A DNA stretch of 64,000 nucleotides from a virus. The notes under the pieces were generated by a model that searched no databases, was not told the DNA's origin, and saw nothing but the letters and a program-made list of their open reading frames with translations. The stretch lies in the IMG/VR virus record IMGVR_UViG_3300032291_003663, positions 27,060-91,059 of that record; one strand, 5' to 3'. Numbering within the stretch: the stretch's first letter is position 1; each line of letters opens with the position of its first letter. The position numbers were made by a program, and so were the translations under genes. Positions 56,801 through 64,000 of the stretch are shown one piece after another.

Positions 56801-58443
56801 CTGGGGATTTTTTAAATGTATCCTTATTTGACTCTCAAAAGTTTAGTAATCAAACTCAAACTAATGGAAATAAACTAATTGCAGAAAGTGGATATTCTTA
56901 TTCTCCTGTATTTTATGCTTATGGAGAAGAAATAAGTAGTAATCCTACAATATCATCAAGCTGGTCAGCGTCTGCTGTATTTACTAATCCTTTTGGAGAC
57001 TCTCAAAATCTACTGGCTAGATTTTTCACAATAAATACTCAGACAGGAAGTTTAATTCCTGCAAATAGCATATTTTTATCTTCAAGCTATACTAGTTCTA
57101 GTACAGTAAACATGTTTGAAGTGTGGAATTTATTTAATTTTACTGGTTCTGCTTCTAATTTAGGAAGTTATTTTTATACGGGATCAGGTCCGAATAATGG
57201 TATTACATCATTAACTTCCTCTTACTATATTATTCCATCAGAAGGAAGTTATGAGTTTAATTATGATTTTACTCTTCAAGCTACTGCTTCTACCGATACA
57301 CCAAAAAGTTTTACAGCTAGTATGGAACTGTGGTTGAGCAGCTCAACTAATTATACTCTTTTAGATAAAAATAAAATCTCAGCATCTTATATTCCGGGAG
57401 GTTATTATCAAGCCTACTTAAAAAGTGTTCCTAATGGTTATTATTATTATGATTTCCAACCAGGCACAAATATTGTTACTTTAGAAGGTGGGAATAGTTT
57501 ATATGAATATTCAACAAATAATACTACTCCTTTTAGAATTACTACTCTTAGTGTAGATACATCATATAGAGAATGGAGAATATTCGGGTATGTCGCTAAT
57601 CCACTGCCTGGGTATCCTCCTACTATTGTCAGTCTCGGTCGTTTCTTTGCTATTACAAGTGCTTCACCAGATCAGTATAATTATTCTTCTATAACATGGT
57701 ATAATGCTATAAATTCTTATTTAACAACAGGAGTAGGAAATAATTCTTTTTTGTTTAGACGAACAATAAATTTAAATACTAGTGGTTCTGCAAACCCTGG
57801 AGATGCTATAGAATTTAGATTCTTCATAGATTCTAACACTACAGGCATGACATCTGTATCTATGAAAACGGGAGGAGTATTAAAAGCCACAGCTACTAAT
57901 AATGCTTTGTTTTCTAATAATACTGATGTGTGTGTTGATCAGACCGAAAATGCTTTTTATTTAAGTAGTAGCTTAAATCCATTTTATGGTCCTTCAAGTT
58001 TCTTTGATCCTTTAAATTCTACAGTATCTGCTTCTTATTCCACCTTATATAATGAATATGGTGATATTTTTTATCCATTTCTTTTAGAAGAAAATGATAA
58101 AATAGTAGTTCAAGCTAGTGGGTCAAGCGGGCCTATTGTAGAATATACCGTTTTACCTAATTTTATTCAAGGCGGTACAGATTATGTCTATATCCCGGTT
58201 AAAGAAGACATAGCCGGATATTTCGGTAATATGAACTGTGGTCAATATTATAAGATATTATTCTTAAAAAGAATAGTAGATGAAACAAGTGTTATATTAA
58301 ATTTTCCAAAACCTTCTGGGAAAACATCTTATGGTTTTATAATTCCTCAAAATATAAACCCGGATGTATTGGCTAATATTGATATGATTACTAAAAATGT
58401 TAATCAACAATTAGTAGACGTTGGAGTTGGGGTAACAACATAA
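53845..58443 (+). CDS. large baseplate/tail structural protein (1532 aa)
   Basis: MIGQYFD, NLPYLFKAKG...FGI (wedge-protein-like); Ser/Thr-rich beta domains. Confidence 0.7.
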   Translation: MADNIKIVGQILNTDIINRYTLQDEQLLLPSIQQETFGQSNDYIEYFVFDLGGTVLNSDYNYQAYKLPANVGYSQSLLPVLEIDPIQDIENLGYESGEVTSRYNFFRKIYGEPFLNQIFIQQISTDRTEIRVNSTVYSPEVLLSIASEFTQKQATVPYYYYVILNFGNNNQVIAVNSLASVSDTGEASVLFKLSEPLPNNIGLKDTFWIVEEIVNPYIFDLNLDKLISPLPQPRLQGPNFDIELQLKNVVPTPYNNYDQLISSLTGSYYQVVLNLINNQNTDININYSNLNDFVHYSSAENRLYNFMYKVGELETYQTEINVSTPLTSSNPSLASSVNRASSSINEIISKFDGFESYLYFYSSSLTSSIQNIVLETGSYLEYYVSPYPKSDSDQPYILYPSSSVTVQSWYSTASNVAVAYDIDNKDILIDTIPSYIKEDTNNYLPYIVFVNMIGQYFDNIWIYIDKLTDLWDNDNNLNKGISQDLVYNWLQSFGIKLYNSQGNQNVLDYRVGGYSGSIDFNSDYSPSSSFLNSTPRKDLVLDTYKRLYHNLPYLFKAKGAHGGLQGLISVFGITGSILPIKEYGGMTNQQDLKGYTTDKITLGGNAITGSILSSIKRLETSPTSSTKIKSQDVHFIDVSFSPQTQIDAAVSASISAVSASTWILDNYIGDPRDLYLNTYPSLSYQRDYWFGQTFDDPFDYGGFIRLIQFFDNSLFKMVKDFTPARANTWTGVSMKSPVLERPKVIQYAPKFSQTNEFSGTTDSASLVPVYDPYYYYLAGDKLPYYDGNISGSTIDTYVYFEENNRNPYLVNNTVGYIPPGFVSGNTDFVLNYNAPRYENFYLNSDFNAIQNNVDESLTSEYRKKITPILSVDNLGRCFESYSITESVQLQDSYLSLTAHTRPRYSGVQLYGQLYNTWSVGDITYGTSPVINYYVKKLGLFTEVVANRYVPFKSNAVLKYLVDETGRLTELNKRNRNWVEVQNTFETGDFLNVSLFDSQKFSNQTQTNGNKLIAESGYSYSPVFYAYGEEISSNPTISSSWSASAVFTNPFGDSQNLLARFFTINTQTGSLIPANSIFLSSSYTSSSTVNMFEVWNLFNFTGSASNLGSYFYTGSGPNNGITSLTSSYYIIPSEGSYEFNYDFTLQATASTDTPKSFTASMELWLSSSTNYTLLDKNKISASYIPGGYYQAYLKSVPNGYYYYDFQPGTNIVTLEGGNSLYEYSTNNTTPFRITTLSVDTSYREWRIFGYVANPLPGYPPTIVSLGRFFAITSASPDQYNYSSITWYNAINSYLTTGVGNNSFLFRRTINLNTSGSANPGDAIEFRFFIDSNTTGMTSVSMKTGGVLKATATNNALFSNNTDVCVDQTENAFYLSSSLNPFYGPSSFFDPLNSTVSASYSTLYNEYGDIFYPFLLEENDKIVVQASGSSGPIVEYTVLPNFIQGGTDYVYIPVKEDIAGYFGNMNCGQYYKILFLKRIVDETSVILNFPKPSGKTSYGFIIPQNINPDVLANIDMITKNVNQQLVDVGVGVTT

Positions 58444-58491
58444 TTTAGATTTTAGAAAAATTAATATTTATAATCAAAATACGATAAAATA

Positions 58492-59154
58492 ATGGCTATT
58501 TTAAATAACAATACTGTAACGATTGATGCGATTTTAACAGCTAAGGGCAGAGAATTGCTAGCTAGAAATGATGGCTCGTTTCAAATCACTCAGTTTTCTT
58601 TAGCAGATGATGAGGTAGATTATACCTTATACAATCCCCAACACCCATCCGGATCAGCATTTTATGGTCAAGCCATTGAGGCGATGCCCGTAATTGAAGC
58701 ATTTCCTGATGATACACAGATAATGATTTATAAGTTAACTACTCTACCAAGAGGCACAGCTAAATTACCTGTAATTAGTGTTGGTTATAATAGTATTAAT
58801 TTAAAACAGGGTTCTACATTAACCATTACTCCACAAACATTAAATTATCTTGGTGCTACTAGTACATTTGAAGCCAATGGTTACGCAGTAACTATTGCTG
58901 ATGTTAGATTCTTATCTACTTTCTCTTCAACGGGGGTAGCAGGTGCTGAAGTTACAGCTACTGGGGTTACTCAAACTCTTGGATCTTCTGTGAGTCAAAC
59001 TTTAATTGGTACTTCATTTACATTAACTGGTACTACTATTAATACATTGTTCGGTTCTAGTTTAAGCCAAATCACTACTACTCTTACTGTATTAGGTAGA
59101 GACAGTGGTGCACGAATTACTATACCAGTAACAATAACAAAATCAAATTCTTAA
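58492..59154 (+). CDS. baseplate/tail-collar-type structural protein
   Basis: DAILTAKGRELLA...ITQFSLADDEVDY. Confidence 0.65.
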   Translation: MAILNNNTVTIDAILTAKGRELLARNDGSFQITQFSLADDEVDYTLYNPQHPSGSAFYGQAIEAMPVIEAFPDDTQIMIYKLTTLPRGTAKLPVISVGYNSINLKQGSTLTITPQTLNYLGATSTFEANGYAVTIADVRFLSTFSSTGVAGAEVTATGVTQTLGSSVSQTLIGTSFTLTGTTINTLFGSSLSQITTTLTVLGRDSGARITIPVTITKSNS

Positions 59155-59165
59155 TAATATAATAT

Positions 59166-60194
59166 ATGTCATTTGTAAGATACAACCCAGAAGATTCTGT
59201 AGTAAGTACTGAAACCGTAGTAAGACCAATGTGGAGTGGTGACACAAATGTGTTGGCTACTTATTATACTTCTAGTGCTATTACTAGTTCATTTTATTTA
59301 AACGTATATGCTGAATATCCTGGTGCTCTAACTTCTACCTCAGCTTCTGTTCAGTTTGCTACTCAATATGGTAACATGTATGGTAGTGGTGCTGCTTATA
59401 TTAGCCCATCAGTAACTAACCAATTGCCAGATAGTTCATCGATTACTAATTCTAGAGTTGTTTACGGGCAATATAGAACATTGTTGTTAGGAACAGAAAG
59501 CGGAAGCTTTCAATTTGGAGACGATACGCCACAAGGTATTTATATAATCAACATAGCTAGAAATAGATATAAAGAACATACCCAACCTGGTTCAATGACA
59601 TTAAAGTTAGAAAATGGTGCATATGAAGTTGTTTTAACAGATAATAGCCAAATAACATCAACAACTAATTATACAACAGCTGGTACTTTATACTATACTT
59701 TAATTAGTGGTAGTGCAGGTGTTCCTTATGGCAACGCGACAGGAATGTCTAATTCAACATACGGGATTTTATTCCCAGATGACGATATTATTATATTAAA
59801 TCCAACCGCATTGTCTAGATCGATTGTTAATGGAGGTATTTTTTTCGACCCAACAGTTAATACTCCAGGAACAGATAATAATTTAGATTTTCAATTTTAT
59901 ACATTGATATCTTCTAGTGCTTATTTTGGATTACAATCGGCTGAGAATGTTTCTTCTCATTATTTCTTTACAAGAATAAAAAATCAGGATTTTAATTACA
60001 CAACAAATCCCTCTATTATAGATAATAATGGTAATTTACTTTATTCTACATTAATTAACAATCCTCAAACATTTATAACAACTGTTGGATTGTATAATAA
60101 TAATAATGAATTATTAGCGGTTGCCAAATTGAGTAGGCCTTTAGTAAAAGATTTTACCAAAGAAGCCTTAATTAAAGTAAAATTAGACTATTAA
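59166..60194 (+). CDS. baseplate/tail-collar-type structural protein
   Basis: C-terminal ITTVGLYN...LLAVAKLSRPLVK. Confidence 0.65.
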   Translation: MSFVRYNPEDSVVSTETVVRPMWSGDTNVLATYYTSSAITSSFYLNVYAEYPGALTSTSASVQFATQYGNMYGSGAAYISPSVTNQLPDSSSITNSRVVYGQYRTLLLGTESGSFQFGDDTPQGIYIINIARNRYKEHTQPGSMTLKLENGAYEVVLTDNSQITSTTNYTTAGTLYYTLISGSAGVPYGNATGMSNSTYGILFPDDDIIILNPTALSRSIVNGGIFFDPTVNTPGTDNNLDFQFYTLISSSAYFGLQSAENVSSHYFFTRIKNQDFNYTTNPSIIDNNGNLLYSTLINNPQTFITTVGLYNNNNELLAVAKLSRPLVKDFTKEALIKVKLDY

Positions 60195-60215
60195 TCTTAA
60201 TAATAATGTTAATGC

Positions 60216-61214
60216 ATGGGATCCTTCAAAAAGTTAAAATCTTCAGATGTTATAACAATACCTGTTATAGCTAATAAACAGTGGAATTTTAACTATTGTC
60301 CTCTACCTCTAAGTGATCCCTATATTGATTTCTATAATGGTACTAACTTATCAGGAACTTTTAATCCTACTACGGACCCTATAACTAATGGGCAATATGA
60401 TAGATTAATATATGATTCTATAAATCAATTATTCTATCATCAATATTCCGGCAGTATATCTACTGCCTCTTTGGCGTCTTCTTTATATTATGCTACAGCT
60501 ACGGGACTAAGGCCAACTGCTTCTTATTTTAATTTTAATGATGATCCTGCTTTTATAAATTATTTCCCAACAGGGATAAATGAATCTATAAAAGTTCTTT
60601 CCATATCTACAAACTTATACGGCCAAAGAATTTTACCATATAGTTTTCAACTGACTTCATCTACATATCTTTTTACAGATGATGGAAAAGGTAATGTTTA
60701 TGATAGTGATACTACCCATGTGGGGAATGTATTTTATCCTGAAGGTATTTTTGTACTAACAAATCAAGATTATCAAGGAATATTCCCATCAACTCCTATT
60801 GCTTATGATGATGTTATATTCATTACTAGAAGTGATTATGGCAATCCTGTTACTTTATCTATTTCTCCTTTAGTAAATGATGACCTAAGAGGAAATACCC
60901 TTGTAAATCAATCAATTAAACTTTCAGGACCAAATATTAGTAATTTTAGTACAGGGTCTAATAATACGGTATCAATGTCATTTAGTGGATTAGGAACCGG
61001 AGTGTATCAAACATATTATACATTTAATGTAACGGGTTCTTATTGTGGGATGCTAACAAGCAATACAGCAAGCATAGTTATTACCGTATTAGACCCGGAT
61101 TGTGAATTTGAAATGAGTTTAGCATCGTTTTCAAAGATAATACTAGCTTCTCCATTTATGAGTGGTAGTCAAGTTTATGTAAGCTTTACAGATTTTACAG
61201 GATCTTTGGGATAA
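60216..61214 (+). CDS. virion structural protein with Ig/cadherin-like C-terminus
   Basis: DDGKGN, GNVFYPEG, PIAYDD...PLVND. Confidence 0.65.
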   Translation: MGSFKKLKSSDVITIPVIANKQWNFNYCPLPLSDPYIDFYNGTNLSGTFNPTTDPITNGQYDRLIYDSINQLFYHQYSGSISTASLASSLYYATATGLRPTASYFNFNDDPAFINYFPTGINESIKVLSISTNLYGQRILPYSFQLTSSTYLFTDDGKGNVYDSDTTHVGNVFYPEGIFVLTNQDYQGIFPSTPIAYDDVIFITRSDYGNPVTLSISPLVNDDLRGNTLVNQSIKLSGPNISNFSTGSNNTVSMSFSGLGTGVYQTYYTFNVTGSYCGMLTSNTASIVITVLDPDCEFEMSLASFSKIILASPFMSGSQVYVSFTDFTGSLG

Positions 61215-61239
61215 AAAATGCATAAAAAATAAATTAAAA

Positions 61240-64000
61240 ATGGCCTATACTAGTGCTTCATTTGATGTTACTGCTTCAGTATTATACGTAGATCAAGCGT
61301 ATATATATAATTCTATTGACGTCATAATAAACACATACAATATAAGTGGTAGTGCTTCATTTTCTCCTGTCCCTTCAGCAACATATAATCCATTTATATA
61401 TGCTGTAAATCCGGTAGAAAAAAATAGTACTATTATAGTATTTACTCCTCCTCCAACACCTACTACTACATCAACTCCTTCTATTACACCAACAAGGACT
61501 ATTACTCCAACAAAAACCATAACACCGACTATAACACCTAGTCCAACGATTACAGCAACACCTACTATTACTCCAAGTAGAACTATTACACCGACTATAA
61601 CAGCAACACCTACTATTACTCCAACTGTAACTATTACACCAACTATAACAACAACACCTACTATTACTCCAAGTAGAACTATTACCCCCACGGTAACTAT
61701 TACACCAACTATCACGACAACACCAACTATTACGCCAACAAGAACTATTACACCAACTTTAACTATAACACCTACTGTTACTATCACACCTACTGTTACT
61801 GAAACTCCTACTATTACTCCTAGTCCTAGTATTACACCAACATTAACGATAACACCAACGGTTACTGTAACTCCAAGTATAACTGCTAGTCCTAGTATTA
61901 CACCTAGTTTAACAATAACACCAACTATTACTGCTACTCCAACAATAACAGCAACACCGACTATTACTGCTTCTCCTTCTATTACGCCAACGAGAACTAT
62001 AACTCCTACTGCAACTATAACTCCAACTGTTACTATTACACCTAGTTTAACAATAACACCAACTATTACTGCTACTCCAACAATAACCGCGTCGCCGAGT
62101 ATAACACCAACAAGAACAATTACTCCGACTGTAACTGAGACTCCGACTGTAACACCAACAGCAACTATAACTCCTACAACAACTATAACATCAACTATTA
62201 CTGCTACTCCTTCAATTACACCAACACTTACAATTACTCCGAGTGTAACTGTTACTCCAAGTATAACTGCTAGTCCTAGTATTACACCAACATTAACAAT
62301 AACACCGACTTTAACTATAACTCCAACTGTAACATCAACAGCATCTATTACACCTACTGTTACAATTACACCAACTATAACAGGAACTCCTTCGATCACA
62401 CCAACATTAACGATAACACCAAGTGTAACAATAACACCGAGTATAACAGCATCTCCAACTATAACTCCAACTATTACAGTTACACCAACTATAACAGGAA
62501 CCCCTAGTATAACACCTACTTTAACTGTTACTCCAACAATAACATCAACACCAACTATTACAGCATCACCTTCTATTACACCGACAAGAACTATTACTCC
62601 TACTGTAACTATAACACCAACTGTAACGCCAACCATTACTGCAACTCCTTCTATAACACCAACTTTAACTGTTACACCTACTATAACAGCATCTCCAACT
62701 ATAACTCCTACTGTTACAGTTACACCAACTATAACTAAAACACCAACAATTACATCAACGGCTTCGATTACACCAACGTTAACAATTACACCTACTATTA
62801 CTTCAACACCAACTATTACACCTACTTTAACGATAACACCAAGTGTAACAATTACACCTACTATTACTCCAACTCTTACTATTACTCCTAGTGTAACTGT
62901 TACTCCGAGTATAACACCAACAAGAACAATAACTCCAAGTTTAACTGTTACTCCAACAATAACAACAACAAGAACAATTACACCAACATCAACAATTACT
63001 CCAACATCAACAATTACTCCAAGTATTACACCAACATTAACGATAACACCATCACCAACAATAACATCAACTCCAACAATAACAGCAACACCAACTATAA
63101 CACCATCAATTACTGCTTCTCCTTCTATAACACCAACAAGAACTATATCAGCAACACAACCCTATTATCCAGGTGCTGATTATATAGTATTCCAATACAC
63201 CTTAGCTCCAGGAGCGGGGGTTGATTTAGATACACTAACAACTCTAGTAGATCCTGTCACCGCCGGTCCTATGGGTTATTGTGTTGATGGAAGTTTAGCA
63301 TCTGGGGCTTGGGGTGGTCCTTATTTATATTGGGGAGGAGATAATACAACATCCGGAGGAACAGAGACTAATTATGTCGATCTTATTGCTTTAAAAGCTG
63401 CTTATCCTAGTATGACTCAAGCTGAGTTAACTTGTAGAGCAAACTGGTTTAGTACTAGAGGAAATGGAGATGTTTTTATAACTATGTATGCATACCAAGG
63501 TGGTACCATGGTTAGTAATGGTAATTTTGGATTTACAAATACAGGAGGTACATTAATAGGGACACGTGAATTCCCAACAGTCAATGTAACAGCAGTTAAT
63601 AATACATGTACGACTACGGATTGTGTAGGAACATATGTTTATAATATTTCAAGTGGTTTATTTACAAAAATTGATTGTGTAGAACCAAGTCCAACACCTA
63701 CTGTAACACCTACACTTACTATAACTCCAAGTATAACACCAACAAGGACTATAACACCAAGTATAACAGCAACACCGTCAATAACACCAACAGTAACAAG
63801 GACTATAACACCAAGTATAACAGCAACACCGTCAATAACACCAACAGCAACAAGAACACAAACACCTAGTATAACAGCAACAAGAACAATAACACCGTCT
63901 ATAACATTAACACCGTCAATCACAGCAACAAGAACAGTAACACCAACAAGAACAATAACACCGAGTATAACAGCAACATCTAGTATAACACCAACACCTA
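61240..64000 (+). CDS. mucin-like Thr/Pro-repeat virion protein (partial, >920 aa; missing from ORF track)
   Basis: Open frame from ATG 61240 to window end: MAYTSASF..., about 570 aa of (T/S-x)n, globular domain 63160-63684 (DLD..WGGDNT..E), then a second repeat. Confidence 0.9.
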   Translation, partial: MAYTSASFDVTASVLYVDQAYIYNSIDVIINTYNISGSASFSPVPSATYNPFIYAVNPVEKNSTIIVFTPPPTPTTTSTPSITPTRTITPTKTITPTITPSPTITATPTITPSRTITPTITATPTITPTVTITPTITTTPTITPSRTITPTVTITPTITTTPTITPTRTITPTLTITPTVTITPTVTETPTITPSPSITPTLTITPTVTVTPSITASPSITPSLTITPTITATPTITATPTITASPSITPTRTITPTATITPTVTITPSLTITPTITATPTITASPSITPTRTITPTVTETPTVTPTATITPTTTITSTITATPSITPTLTITPSVTVTPSITASPSITPTLTITPTLTITPTVTSTASITPTVTITPTITGTPSITPTLTITPSVTITPSITASPTITPTITVTPTITGTPSITPTLTVTPTITSTPTITASPSITPTRTITPTVTITPTVTPTITATPSITPTLTVTPTITASPTITPTVTVTPTITKTPTITSTASITPTLTITPTITSTPTITPTLTITPSVTITPTITPTLTITPSVTVTPSITPTRTITPSLTVTPTITTTRTITPTSTITPTSTITPSITPTLTITPSPTITSTPTITATPTITPSITASPSITPTRTISATQPYYPGADYIVFQYTLAPGAGVDLDTLTTLVDPVTAGPMGYCVDGSLASGAWGGPYLYWGGDNTTSGGTETNYVDLIALKAAYPSMTQAELTCRANWFSTRGNGDVFITMYAYQGGTMVSNGNFGFTNTGGTLIGTREFPTVNVTAVNNTCTTTDCVGTYVYNISSGLFTKIDCVEPSPTPTVTPTLTITPSITPTRTITPSITATPSITPTVTRTITPSITATPSITPTATRTQTPSITATRTITPSITLTPSITATRTVTPTRTITPSITATSSITPTP
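61444..63156 (+). repeat. coding low-complexity repeat (TPTI/TPS units)
   Basis: 12- and 18-nt degenerate units with synonymous variation. Confidence 0.9.

Noticed and set aside
61293-62636. 447-aa Val/Gly/Ile ORF on the minus strand (also 63639-63923 on - and 63675-63869 on +)
   Set aside because: Antisense or off-frame shadows of the Thr/Pro repeat gene; the + frame from 61240 has a proper start and a globular domain
1-64000. Stop-codon reassignment
   Set aside because: Genes tile densely under the standard code, TAG and TGA end genes at sensible positions, and no suppressor tRNA is seen

Overview
AT-rich segment of a large contractile-tailed (T4-like myovirus-type) bacteriophage. The host is most likely a Bacteroidota: DUF4494-like gene, TTG-N19/20-TAnnTTT(A/G) promoters, no Shine-Dalgarno sites, Bacteroidota-style tmRNA, lipoproteins with D-S-T/V sequons. 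Almost all genes are on the + strand; the exception is a small holin-like gene. Layout: (1) 1-1.7 kb, end of a replication block (clamp-loader small subunit, Cas4-like nuclease). (2) 1.7-16.2 kb, a large glycan locus with 7 glycosyltransferase-like genes, DegT-, WbqC-, RfbH- and RfbD-like enzymes, methyl/acetyltransferases and a 2OG oxygenase; two more GT-like genes lie at 21 and 44 kb. (3) 19.1-21.05 kb, an RNA island: tmRNA with a long tag, tRNA-Leu, three tRNA-like RNAs without a normal anticodon arm, and three unassigned structured RNAs between them. (4) 22-44 kb, about 70 small accessory genes; from 27.5 to 41.5 kb nearly every gene has its own copy of a repeated promoter/hairpin/leader element, and two CpG-rich non-coding blocks flank the densest part. 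(5) 45-64 kb, a gp55-like late sigma factor and baseplate/tail genes rich in [ST][GAS]S motifs, ending in a >920-aa Thr/Pro mucin-like protein that runs off the window. The best candidates for an undescribed system are the tRNA-mimic/ncRNA array and a phage-encoded virion O-glycosylation system. All assignments come from motif recognition by eye; no database searches were run.
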